Made by a program: the position numbers and the translations under genes. A DNA stretch of 54,877 nucleotides, the filler included, from Malassezia furfur (taxonomy: Eukaryota), in assembly GCA_052055015.1 (NCBI GenBank). It is 2 parts of 2 records of this genome, joined end to end, with 100 filler letters (N's around TTAATTAATTAA, not from the genome) between each part and the next. Parts side by side here need not be neighbours in the genome. Positions count along the whole stretch, not along the records: positions 27,492 to 54,877 come from JBQJIT010000117.1; 1 more part is not named here. One strand, written 5' to 3'. Shown in pieces: positions 34,649 to 45,813 of the stretch. Positions within the stretch are counted from its first letter, which is position 1, and every line of letters starts with the position of its first letter. A model generated the notes under the pieces. It did no database searches. It was given only the letters and a program-made list of their open reading frames with translations, and was not told the origin of the DNA.

Positions 34649-37600
34649 ATGCCGCAACGGATCCTCTCGGAGCTGCAGGCACTCGCCGCCGAGACGCGGC
34701 GGAAACACCCCGAGGTGCGGCATGCAGCGGAGCAGGTGCTCCAGCAGGTCCAGAGTTCCGACCATGCCACTACGCTCGCCTCGCTCGGGCACGATGTCGC
34801 GGCCGATCAGGCGCTCGTCCGGCCGATTGTGTTGGCGTGCAAGACGCGTGCACCCAAAGTCGTGTTGATTGCGCTGTCGCTGCTGCAGCGCAGCGTGGTG
34901 CTGCATTTATTGCCGCCCTCGTCCCTGTCCGAGATCGTCGACGCGCTGCACGGCCTGCTCACGAACGTCGCGCGGACCGACGTCGATGTGCAGCTCAAGA
35001 TTCTCCAAACAGTGCCTGCACTGCTGGCCGACTACCCCAGCATCACGTCGGCGCTGCTCTCCAATACACTGATGCTCTGTTTTACCCTGTACGAGCAGTC
35101 GCGCGTCACGGTCGTGAGCTCGACCGCCGCTGCGACGCTGCGGCAGAACATCATGACGGTATTCGACAAGGTGCATGACGAGGACCGCACGTTTGACGCA
35201 ATCAAAGACGGCGGTGAGGACGCCGCAGCGGCAGCCCCGTTGCCGGTGCATACGGCGCACACGCCTGACGGAAACGTGACGCTCTTCCCCGCCTCGTCCG
35301 ACGCCTACTTCCTGCTGAACGACCTGTGTGCGCTGGCCAACGGCGAGCCTGCATCGTTCTTGCCGCTGCACAGCCTGTCCAAGCCGTTTGTTCTCGAGCT
35401 GCTCGAGAGTGTCTTGACGAACCATGCGCGGCTGTTTGCCGGGAGCTCACCCAAGACTGCCCGGCACCCCGAGCTGTTGTATGTGCTGCGCAGCGCCGCA
35501 TGCCCCTTCCTGCTCAAGGCACTGAGCGAGCCGCCGGCATTCCCCGTGTTTGTGCGCATCATGCGCCTTGTTCTGCTGCTGCTGCGCCAGTTCAGCGAGG
35601 AGCTCGTGCTGGAGATCGAGATCCTGCTGCGCATGATCCTCAAGACACTGCAAGGCTCCAAGAGCGTCCCGCTGTGGCACCGTGTGCTGGCACTTGAGGT
35701 GCTGCGCAGTCTGTGTGCGGACGGCTACTTTATGCGCCGCGTGTACCGCTGGTACGACGCGGGTGACGCAGGCCCCGTCAACGTGCCGGCGACGCCGCTG
35801 TTTGCTGACGTCGTCACGGCACTGACGGCATCCCTGACCGAGCTGCAGCCGCATTTAAGCGTCGATGCGACGCTCACCGCGGCGCACCAGCAGATACCCG
35901 AGCAGGCGGCGCCGCGGCCGTCGCAAGACAAGAGCTACACGCTGTATGGCGCGGCGAGTGCTGCTGTGGCCGGCGTACGCAATGCGGCCGAAGGCCTCCT
36001 TAGCACGCGCACCGAGGCACTGACCGCGAACAGTGCCCCAGCAATCCAGCTGCTGGACCAGCTGGACAAGACCGAGGCGCCAGCGCCCGGCTCGCCGCCG
36101 CTGCCGAGCACGTACTTGCCGCTGCTTGTGCTGTGGTCACACGTTCTGCTGGCACAGTCGCTTGCGCTGTATGTCCTGCGGCGCTACGCCGAGGTGTATG
36201 CACACGTCGAGTACGCGCCGCCCGCACTGCCCGCGAGTGACGACCTCGCTCATGTCACGGCAATGCTACAGATGTACGCGCGCCCGGCCAACGATGCGCT
36301 CGCCTTCTTCCTCACCGTGCAGGGCACCGACTACGTATATGACCAGGCACTTTTGGCGCTCGCAAACCTCGGGCAGGCGGTCGGCGCCGTGGGCCTCGCG
36401 CGCGACCGCGACGCAGTGCTTGCGACGCTCAGTGACCTCGGCCTGCCGAGCGCCGCTCTGCAGGGGCGCACGCTCAGTGCGCGCAGCTGGGCATGCCAGC
36501 TCGCGCTTGGCAGCACCGCCATTGCGCTCGCGGGCAGTCTCGGCGAGCGGTGGCGCACGGTGCTCCAGACGACCGCGACCGCGCTGTCGTTTGTGCCGAG
36601 CGAGCGCACCGACGGGCACGCGCCCACGACCGCCGCTGCACCGCGCGTGCCGTCCGGCCCCGGGATGATTGGCGACGAGGTCGCAGGGAAGGCCGAGCTG
36701 CACTTCCTTGCGCGCAGTGCGCTGGAGCCGGGGGCGCTGTATGCGGCGCTCGACCACGTGTTTGGGCACAGCGTGTGGCTCGCGGACGAGGCACTTGCGC
36801 AGTTTGTCACGCTCCTTGCGCAGCTCACGGCGGAGCGTGCACGCGACGGTCCTCCGGCGGTGGTCGGCGTGCTGCTCGACGAGGTACAGCGCGTGGTGCT
36901 CGCCAACACGCAGCGCATTGCCGCGCAGCTGCCCGAGGGCGCATGGGGACCCATCGCCGAGCACCTCTTTGCGCTCATCGAGGCACCCGATGTCTCGGCG
37001 GCGTACCGCACGCATGCCGCGCGGGTGCTGGACGCCATCGCGTACGGCGTACTGCGTGCAGTGCCGAGCACGGCGCATGCGCGGCAGCGCACGCTGCTCG
37101 CCGCGATTGACCGCCAGGCGCGCGCACATGGGCGCACGTCGCCGACCGACGTCGCGGTGCGCAAGGCGGCGATCGATTTGCTGCTCCGTGTCCTCGAGAC
37201 ACACGCGCACCGGCTCCAGGCTGGCTGGGACATGGTGTTTGGCATGTGCCGCGCGGCAGCCGAGGCGGCGCCCGAGGTGCGTGCGCAAGGTACGTCGCCG
37301 CTGCCGCTGCTCAAGGTGGCGTTTGTGTGTGTGCAGCTTATTTGCTCCGAGCACCTTGCGGCGCTCTCGAACGAGGAGCTGGAGCTGTGCATCGCGTGCC
37401 TGCCGAGCTTCTGCACGCAGACCGAGGACACAAACCTTGCGCTCACGGCGAACGGCGTGCTGTGGGACATTACCGCTGACGTGCACCGCCGGCAGGCCAC
37501 AAGCTCCGCCGAGAGCATGTCGGCGCTGTGGCTGTTTGTGCTGCATCGCATGCGCGACACTGCCGAGGTGCCGCACGCCGACGTGCGCAACGGCGCGATC

Positions 37601-39427
37601 GCCAACCTCTTTCAGGTGCTCGTGCAGTACAGCAGCGCGCTGCACCCCGGCGACTGGCAGCGCATCTTTTTCGAGATACTGTACCCGCTGTGCGACGCCG
37701 CGTCGGGTGACACGTCGGGCGGCAGCGACTGGGACGCAAGCCACACGCTCGTCCTGCAGGGCACGGCGCGCATCCTTGACGCCACCGTGCTGACGCTCGC
37801 CAACGACGCGGCGTTTGCGCAGATCTGGTCCATGTTTGTCACGCGCGTCGTGCACACCTACCGCACGGCGTCGGCGCCCGTGGCCCAGACGGCGCTCGAT
37901 GCACTGCTCAAGGTGCTGCGCTCCTCGGCGAGTGCACCGCCGCTACGCGCCGCATGGCACGAGACGTGGGACGCATGGGTCGCCATCGGCACCACGCCGC
38001 GCGCCGACCTCACCCTCACCGACCTTGTGACCGTCGTCGCGCTCCTCGAGCCATTGTATGCCGCCAAAGGTACCGACCTCGACAGCGACCAGCTCCATGT
38101 ACTCCTGCGCACGCTCGAGCAGTGCGTCGAGCATGGCATCGCGCATGGCGACGTCGGCTCCACCAAGCAGCTGTACACGCTTGTCGGTGGCGTACACAAG
38201 GCGCTCGAACGCCTGCCGGCGAGGGATGAGGTGCCGGCGTTGCGCCTGCACAGCCTGGCTGTGTATGTCCGGTGCGCGCTCGACGCTGCCGCCGAGACGT
38301 CGCTTGCGCCGCCGCTCAAGGCGCTGCGCGTGCAGCTCGCCGAAGACCTCTTGCTGTACTGGCAGACGACCTACCTCGCCGACCCGAAAGACGCCGCCCT
38401 GTACCAACAGCCAGTGTTGACGATGCTCGACGTGCTTCGCGCGCCACTTCAGCACGGCGATATCCAGGCGCCCCCGCTCGCATCGCTCGCGCGCGACACA
38501 CTCTACCACATCAGCCACCTCGGCGCGCCGGTCGTCTCGCGACGCGCGCAGGACATCAGTGCCTGCGACTTTTACGCACGCGTCTTTGCGTGTATGCACG
38601 ACGTGCTCACGGCACGTGCGCTGTCTAGCACCCGCACCGACCGCGATGCAATCGAAGTCCAAACCTTCCCGCTGCTGGTCGCGCTGGAACGCGACGTGCT
38701 GCCGACCGCCGGCGCGGACGCCGACGCCTACGACACCCTGCGTCCGTTTTTGGCCGACCTCGTGGATGCGACACAGCTGCACACGCGCAATACGCTCGAT
38801 CCGGAGCACGGCTCGCTGCTCCCGATCGACGTGAGCCAGAAGGAGCGCGTCGCGTACTGGACGTACGATCTGCTCTTTGCGCTGTGCCGTGTCGACGCCT
38901 CAGCTCAGGTCGGCCGTCGTCTGCTGTGCGTGTTGGTGCTGCCGCTGCTGCTCGCACAGTGCGCACGCGTACTGACAGCGTATGCGTCCGATGTAGCGGT
39001 GCGAGGCAAGATGCCGCTCCCGCGCGTGCGCCTCGAAGAGGTCAACTACGTTTTGCACCAGCTCATTCACCTGCGGCTCGCGCAGGGGACCCTACGCATT
39101 GCGCTTCGCACGCGCGATCCTGCGACGGCATTTGCAGCATTGCAGACGTACACGCCGCCGACCCAGACGCTGCCCATCCAGGAGATGCTGCAGCAGTCGC
39201 CCGTCGGCCATCTGTTTTATTTGCACAAAGAACTCGATCGGTGCGCGGCCCTCACGACAACGCAGCAAGGCACGATCGGTACAAGCCTCGCACCGCTCGA
39301 CCTCGCTCTCTTCCCCAAAGTTGACAAGGCACTCCTCGCACGCGCGACGCGTGTGCCTACGGCGCGCACCACACCCACAGCGCTTGCGCTCCAAACTCAG
39401 ACGCTGCGCAGCGACTTCCTCCAGTAG
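34649..39427 (+). CDS. MON2: Mon2/Ysl2 endosome-Golgi trafficking scaffold
   Basis: LQALAAETRRKHPEVRHAAE, DVQLKILQT, VVSSTAAATLRQ, LLDQLDKTEAP, QTEDTNLALTA, VAVRGKMPLPR. Confidence 0.92.
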   Translation: MPQRILSELQALAAETRRKHPEVRHAAEQVLQQVQSSDHATTLASLGHDVAADQALVRPIVLACKTRAPKVVLIALSLLQRSVVLHLLPPSSLSEIVDALHGLLTNVARTDVDVQLKILQTVPALLADYPSITSALLSNTLMLCFTLYEQSRVTVVSSTAAATLRQNIMTVFDKVHDEDRTFDAIKDGGEDAAAAAPLPVHTAHTPDGNVTLFPASSDAYFLLNDLCALANGEPASFLPLHSLSKPFVLELLESVLTNHARLFAGSSPKTARHPELLYVLRSAACPFLLKALSEPPAFPVFVRIMRLVLLLLRQFSEELVLEIEILLRMILKTLQGSKSVPLWHRVLALEVLRSLCADGYFMRRVYRWYDAGDAGPVNVPATPLFADVVTALTASLTELQPHLSVDATLTAAHQQIPEQAAPRPSQDKSYTLYGAASAAVAGVRNAAEGLLSTRTEALTANSAPAIQLLDQLDKTEAPAPGSPPLPSTYLPLLVLWSHVLLAQSLALYVLRRYAEVYAHVEYAPPALPASDDLAHVTAMLQMYARPANDALAFFLTVQGTDYVYDQALLALANLGQAVGAVGLARDRDAVLATLSDLGLPSAALQGRTLSARSWACQLALGSTAIALAGSLGERWRTVLQTTATALSFVPSERTDGHAPTTAAAPRVPSGPGMIGDEVAGKAELHFLARSALEPGALYAALDHVFGHSVWLADEALAQFVTLLAQLTAERARDGPPAVVGVLLDEVQRVVLANTQRIAAQLPEGAWGPIAEHLFALIEAPDVSAAYRTHAARVLDAIAYGVLRAVPSTAHARQRTLLAAIDRQARAHGRTSPTDVAVRKAAIDLLLRVLETHAHRLQAGWDMVFGMCRAAAEAAPEVRAQGTSPLPLLKVAFVCVQLICSEHLAALSNEELELCIACLPSFCTQTEDTNLALTANGVLWDITADVHRRQATSSAESMSALWLFVLHRMRDTAEVPHADVRNGAIANLFQVLVQYSSALHPGDWQRIFFEILYPLCDAASGDTSGGSDWDASHTLVLQGTARILDATVLTLANDAAFAQIWSMFVTRVVHTYRTASAPVAQTALDALLKVLRSSASAPPLRAAWHETWDAWVAIGTTPRADLTLTDLVTVVALLEPLYAAKGTDLDSDQLHVLLRTLEQCVEHGIAHGDVGSTKQLYTLVGGVHKALERLPARDEVPALRLHSLAVYVRCALDAAAETSLAPPLKALRVQLAEDLLLYWQTTYLADPKDAALYQQPVLTMLDVLRAPLQHGDIQAPPLASLARDTLYHISHLGAPVVSRRAQDISACDFYARVFACMHDVLTARALSSTRTDRDAIEVQTFPLLVALERDVLPTAGADADAYDTLRPFLADLVDATQLHTRNTLDPEHGSLLPIDVSQKERVAYWTYDLLFALCRVDASAQVGRRLLCVLVLPLLLAQCARVLTAYASDVAVRGKMPLPRVRLEEVNYVLHQLIHLRLAQGTLRIALRTRDPATAFAALQTYTPPTQTLPIQEMLQQSPVGHLFYLHKELDRCAALTTTQQGTIGTSLAPLDLALFPKVDKALLARATRVPTARTTPTALALQTQTLRSDFLQ

Positions 39428-39509
39428 CGCACAGATCATGTGGAGAACAAAGGAACGAAACAAAGGCCCCACCGCGCCAAACGGCCGCGCCGGCGCGCGA
39501 AGCTTCCGT

Positions 39510-41215
39510 ATGAACGTCGTAGTCTATACTGCTACTGCACTGCTCGGTGTGTGCATTCTGTGCATAGTCGGTGTATGTGTGCGTCTCCAACTGCGGTGGC
39601 GTGCGTGGCTCCGCGACGTTCCAGGGCCACAAGCCACGTCGTTCTGCTACGGCAACCTCTATGAGCTAATTTGCCGCGACGTGGTCCCTGTGTTTCTCGA
39701 GTGGAAAGCCACATACGGCGATGCGGTCCGCATCTGGGGAACGTTTGGCGTACGTGCGGTCTACTGACGCAGGAACCTCGGCTGGTGCTCACTGATCCTG
39801 TCGGCATTGACTACATTCTCCGAAAGCGCGCGTACGCCTACCCCAAGGTACGGATCGTGCGGCGAATGCTGGGAAAAGTCATGGGATATGGACTACTCGC
39901 CGTCGAGGGTGACGTCCATCGGCGGCAGAAACGCGCAATCCAACCGGGATTTTCCACGCGCTCAATCCGCAAACTCACACCACTCTTCCACCGGTACGCG
40001 CACAGACTCCGTGTGCAGCTTGCACGTCAGGTCGCTGACGAAGGAGCGCTCGTCGATCTGTACCGCTTTGTGGCCTGTGCAGCACTGGATGCCATCGGCT
40101 CTGCCGGCTTCAATGTCGAGTTTAACACGCTCGCACATACCGAGACGCAGACGGACGGGCAAGTGCACGTAGGTCACCCCTTGATTGTGGCATTTGAGCA
40201 CACGCTGGAGATCGCGACGGGCAACACGATGGCACGAAACCTGTTTGATGCCGTCACGATGGTCTTTCCGTGGCTCGAGCGGCTTCCCATTGGCGTTGAG
40301 TCCGGTCGGTTCCGCAAGGCCGCCGATGTCCTATTTCGGGTCGCCTCGGAGCTTGTCCAGGAAGCCAAGGATGCCGTACTGGGCCCTGCTTCTGCGTTGT
40401 ATCGCACGCGACCCAGTGCTGAGCGTCCCGATCTATTGGCGGCATTGCTGCGCGCCAACGCCAATATGACGCGCAATAATGACGAGAAGCACAGCGTACT
40501 GGACAAGACAGAGCTTTCGGACGACGAGTTGGCCGCGCAGCTCTCGACGTTCATATTTGCCGGGCACGAGACCACCGCGACGCAAACGACGTGGTTACTG
40601 TGGGCCTTAGCGCAGCATCCAGAAGCACAGGACAAGCTGCGCGCCGAGCTACGCGCGGCGCGGCGGGCGCACAACCTGGCGGAACAGAGCGAGTACGGCG
40701 CGTGCGACGAGCGACGTGACCTGACGATGGACGAGCTCGAGGCGCTGCCATATTTAGATGCGTGTGTGCGTGAGTCCTTGAGGCTGCACGGCGCGATTCA
40801 CACGACGTCGCGTATGGCGACTGAGCGCGATGTGGTGCCGTGTGCCGATGGGCGCCGCATCCTGGTCGACAAGGACACGGTGATCATGATCCCTCTCGCG
40901 GCAATCTCGCAGGACTCTGCGCTGTGGGGCGAGGATGCACACTGTTTCCGTCCCGAACGGTGGTTTGAAGAGATGCCCGGGAAGGACGTGTACAGCGCGT
41001 ACGGCGGCATTTCGTTCCTGCTCGGTGCGCACGCATGCATTGGACGGCAGTTTGCGACGGCTGAGATGAAGTCGTTTGTGAGTGTGTTGGTAAATGCACT
41101 GCGCTTTGTGTCGGATGGGCGGCGCACGATCGTCAAGCGGTGGATTGTGTCGCGCCCCTACGACCTGCGCACGCATCAGGACGCATGCATGTTGCGGGTG
41201 TGCCGTGCGCCATAG
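39510..41215 (+). CDS. Cytochrome P450 monooxygenase; 2 exons
   Basis: N-terminal TM plus PGP hinge, FAGHETT, ESLR, FRPERW, heme motif FLLGAHACIG; 23-nt intron 39750-39772. Confidence 0.93.
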
Positions 41216-41255
41216 TGTGGAGGTAGGCCGGCGTGGACGGTTGGTCTTTTCCGTC

Positions 41256-41703
41256 ATGACGCTCACGACCGTTTTCCGTGGCGCGGCGCGTGCGTCGCGC
41301 GTGTGCCGCGCGATGCCGACGCTGCTCATGCAGCAGGTGCGCACCAACACACAGCGTGCGCCGAGCGGCCCGAACCCGCTGGACGCGCCCACGCTCGAGG
41401 CCGTCAAGCAGCAGTGGAAGAAGGCACGCTTTGCCAAGGACGCCGACACGGCGGCGGTGCTCGGTGTACGTGTCACCACTCACCCAGGGAATCCTCACCG
41501 ACTTGCAATACGCGCAAAAGACCAAGGCGCAGGCGAACCAGAAGCCGCCATCGGTGATCAAGATGATTCAGAAAGGGATCAAGAAGCGCACCGACGCTGC
41601 GCGTCAGTTCCGCGCCGCCAAGCCCGAGCCGCGCGAGGACCTGGCCGAGAAGGAGGAGCGCCAGATCGAGCTGCTCCGCTCGTTCCTTCCGAAAGAGGAG
41701 TAG
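41256..41703 (+). CDS. AIM41: Mitochondrial GatB/YqeY-domain protein (Aim41-like, short form); 2 exons
   Basis: Arg-rich presequence, KKRTDAARQF, REDLAEKEERQIELLRSFLP; 22-nt intron 41466-41487. Confidence 0.8.
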
Positions 41704-41712
41704 TATCGTACA

Positions 41713-44433
41713 CTATGTAGTCTGCTTCGACTCGCACGCCTCGCTCGCGTCTGCCCAGCCCTGCGGCGCAAAACTCCACACCCGCACGTCCCCGTCGTCG
41801 CTGCCACTCACCACCTTGTCGTCATCGAGGGCGATGCAGGTGACTGCTGCGCGGTGGCCGACAAGCGTGTTTTGACACTGCGCCGTGTCGCGGTCCCATA
41901 CCTTGACGGTGCGGTCGTGCGACGCCGAGACGATGCGCAGGGTGTCGACATCGACGCCCCACACCCCCTCGACATGCCCAAACAGCGTGCGGAAGCACTG
42001 CCCGGTGCGCACGTCCCAGAGCTTCAGTGTATTATCGAGTGAGCCAGAGACAAGCACCGGGCGCTTGCACTTGCTGCGTTTGGACGCGGCAGTGTGCGCC
42101 GTGTCGTGGGGTTGGAAGAGGCCGTCTTCGATGTCGTCGAGCGTCGCCGTCGCCGGCAACTGCGGCACGAGGCCCGCAGCGCTCAGCCGGCGCTGCGTCA
42201 GCGCCACCATCGGGGGAATGGTGCGTGCGTCGTCGCCTGTGCTGTGCGCATTGTCAGCAGGACGGTAGTAGAAGCGCTCGGGCAGCGCCGGCGCCGACGC
42301 ATTCGACACGTCGGCGTCCTGCGCGTTGCTCGGCGTGTAGCTGCAGCTTGCCGCCGAGCGGGCGGGCGGCGCCACTGGCGCGACGCTCTCCGTCTTGCTC
42401 GCCGTGGCAGTGCGCGAGCCGTCGGTGGCTGCCTCGCTCACGTCGGGGCGCGCGACATCGCTCGGCAGCGCCGCAGTGCCGCGGCTCAACTTCTCGACCG
42501 AGGCGCGGTCCATCATGACCAGCTTGAGCGACTGCACCTGGCCGACATGCCCACGGTACACGAGGATGCACTCGCGCGTCTGCAGGTCCCACAGCCGGAT
42601 CGTGCCGTCGTCCGACGCGCTAAACAAAAACATGGGCGGTGCGCAGCCCTTGCACGACGCGGGCGCCGACCAGAGCTGCACGGCATTCACCCAGTCGCGG
42701 TGGCCCTGCAACGAGTAGCACTCGCCCGTGTGGAAGTTCCAGATGCGGATGTTGCTGTCGGCGCTGCCACTGGCGAGCACCGACTCGTTAAAGTTGAGGC
42801 TCACGATGCCCTCGGTGTGCCCCTCGAGCGTGCGCAGCAGCTCGCCGGTGCGCCAGTTCCAAATCTTCAGGCTGCGGTCCATCGAACCGGTGATCAGCTT
42901 CACGTCGTCAAACTGAAGGCACCGCACGCCGCGGGCATGGCCTGTGAGCGTTCGGAGCACCTCGCCGGTGCGCATGTTCCACACCTTGATGGTCCGGTCG
43001 TAGCTGCCCGTGATCAGCACGGGGTACGGCAGGCCGCTCACCGTCTCGCGGAAGCTGAGGGACATGATCCCGTCGGTGTGGCCCTGCAAGAGACGCACCG
43101 AGTGCCGCCCGCGCCGCCAGTTGCGCTCGATCGCCAGGCGCTCGCAGTACACGGCCTTCCACGGGCGCGTCTTGTGCTTGTCGCGCGTCTCCGTCTCGCT
43201 ATGCTCCGAGCCTGAGTCGCGGTCGATGCGTCGCCGCTTGCTCGAGGCGCCTTCGTCGCCGCTGTGCGTCGACGCATACGAACTGCTCGGCGAGGACGAC
43301 GCGCGCGTGCGCCGTTCGATCGCCGCCGCGTTCGCCGCCGCGGTCACGGTGCGCCGCAGGCTGCCGTCGCCCGATGCGTGCGCAGCCGCACGGTACTCGT
43401 CGTCGTGCGCGAGGCCCATCAGCTCCGACTGGCTCAGCGCGTCGGGATTCTTGAGCCGGCGGCGCTCGGTGAGCAGCGGCAGGCCCCAGCCGCACTTTTC
43501 GCACTTGCGCTCAATGTGCTGCTCGCACATGTTGCGCCAGAGCAAATCGTTGTCGGCAAGCGTGCGCCACAGACGGCTGACCTGTGCGGCACGCCCGAGG
43601 CTGATGGCGTCCAGGTAGCCCAGCACACGCAGCGACACCTCGCGGGGGAACAGCGTGAATGGGTCGATGCGGATCGCCATCGTCAGCTCGGACGAAAGCA
43701 GCGACAGCTGGCTAAAGCAGCACATGGTCAAAATGCCCCGCAAAATCAGCGCACGCTGCGAGTGCGACGACGAGGAAAAAAGCGACCAGACCGTGTTGAC
43801 CGCGGTCTGCTCGGCCAGCGAGAGGGTATCAATTGACTGTGGTTAGTATGTGCCGACACATCTATAACTAGGGCCCGGCTTCGGACAGGCCCTAGCCTCA
43901 AACCGTGCGGTCTAAATCTGCTCTCGCACGGGGTAGTTCCGCCGCAGTCATGCTGCGGCGGCCGACGCTAGCCAGGCGCGTGGGATGCGGCGCCCGGCTA
44001 CGGCAGCCCCTGCGGACCACACGGTCGAGGAAAAGGGTGCACGTACCTTTTGTAGTCGTGCCGTAGCATCCTCGTCGGCCATGCGCTGATGGCGCACACA
44101 CAGCTTCTCGGAGCGCGACAGCAACGGCGAAATCACGCTGCTGCACTCTTGCTTGTCGCGTGACGTCGACGCGGCATTCTCGCCGTCGCCGTGGACCGCC
44201 TCGTTGTGAACAAAGCCATGGGCTTTGAGCGCCGCCTCTTTTTTCTCTTCGTCGGAAGGCGCTACGCTCGGCCCGGCCACAGCATCGCGCGAGGAGCCCG
44301 CTTTGCGTGCATCCGATGGCGATGCAGATGCGTCGACCGGCGCCGCCTCTGCCGACACCTGCTTGTGCGCTTCGACTAGCGCGCGGCTGACAGTGTCTTG
44401 CGAAGAACTTGGATCAATATGGTCTGGTACCAT
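41713..44433 (-). CDS. MET30: F-box/WD40 sulfur-metabolite repressor Met30/SconB/Scon-2; 2 exons
   Basis: LCVRHQRMAD, LWRNMCEQHIERKCEKCGWGLPLL, TRPWKAVYCER, LFGHVEGVW; 210-nt intron 43837-44046. Confidence 0.93.
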
Positions 44434-44777
44434 CACCACACGTCCCGTCCGTATGTGTGTCGAATCGGCAGATGGTAGAGGAAATTTACAAGTAGTGGTA
44501 CACCCTCTAGTACATCCCACTCGGTCCTACGCACGACCCGGTGGCGGAGAGCACGGTGAATCGCGAGATAGCACGCCTGCGCACGCAACGCCACGCGAAC
44601 TGCGCTCGCCTCGTCAATGCTGACTAAACGGACACGCAACCGACCTTAACACCGCATCAGACATATAGCATCAGAGCTGCTTTTTCACGCTACAAGGGGG
44701 TAACGTCGTGCACGCGCGGCGCGTGCATGTGCCATGCGGCGGAAATACTACAGTACGAGAAAGAGCATAGACAAAGT

Positions 44778-45587
44778 TTAGGCAGTGGCCTCCTTCGCGC
44801 TCTTACCCGACTTGCGCTCAAGCAGCGCAGTGCTATCGGTTAGAACATGACCAAGCGAGGCAATACGTACCGGTCCTTGTCCATCTTGATCTTGGTGATC
44901 ACCACGTTCGACGGGTGGATGGGGATCGCGACAGTGGCGCCGTTCACCTTCTCGCGCTGGAGACGCTCGAGGTGCACAACCCACTTCTTGCGGTAGACCT
45001 GCACAACGCGGCCCTCAGAGCCGACCGACGAGCCACGCACAACGACGACCTCGTCGTCCTTGCGGATGGGGAGCGAGCGGATCTGCAGGGTTAGTAACTG
45101 CATCACAAGGGAACAGTCAAAACAGCCAAGGGGGACGCGGAATCTGGGAGGCACGACCGTCACTTTAAGGGCAAAAATGGTGCACAGCAGTTAGTGGCAA
45201 GTCAAGGTCATGGAAACGTGCGTATTCTCAGCTCATCCGATGCATAGCGCATGATGAGAGATGAATTCGCATAACCAAGAAAAATTGACCACAGCACTCG
45301 GATGTCACACGAATTAGCGACACAATGATGTTCACAATGGCTGCACATATGCTGCAATACCATGTAGGTGTGCACAGAAGCCATCCCAATTCCATACTCG
45401 CACAAGCGACATAGGTCCTCTAGAGACCACCTTCGCACGCCCCTTGACTGCTTCGACCGTTAGTTGTACGTACGCCGTGCTCCTTGCGCAGCTCCTTGTT
45501 CAGAGGAGCCGACATGATCTTCCTCCTGATGTGGCCCGGGGCATCGAAGTGGGCCTTGCGGTTGACACGACGCGAGGAGCTGACCAT
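44778..45587 (-). CDS. RPL26: 60S ribosomal protein L26 (uL24); 3 exons
   Basis: [45 protein letters not shown]; introns 45083-45473 (391 nt) and 44833-44870. Confidence 0.96.
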
Positions 45588-45813
45588 GATGATATGTGCC
45601 TTGAGACGTTGGTCGTGAAGCACGGCTCGAAGAGCCACTGGCACGAGGATCGCCCGTACTAGCATATCACGTGATAGTACTCAGCAACTGTATGTACGAA
45701 GAGGCGTATTAGGTCATGCTGATAAAATATTACGCAAATCGCCATCGGGCGATGGACGTGCACTACATGAGGGGGGCCTACCAGAGCACACACGGGTGGT
45801 GGGACGAAAGGGC

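Noticed and set aside
43837..44046. TPP riboswitch in the MET30 intron
   Set aside because: The conserved CUGAGA and CCUGAU core motifs are not present on the sense strand
45208..45438. Independent Cys/His-rich small gene inside the RPL26 intron
   Set aside because: No family resemblance, GTG start and non-coding-like codon usage; better explained as the read-through frame of an unproductive splice form
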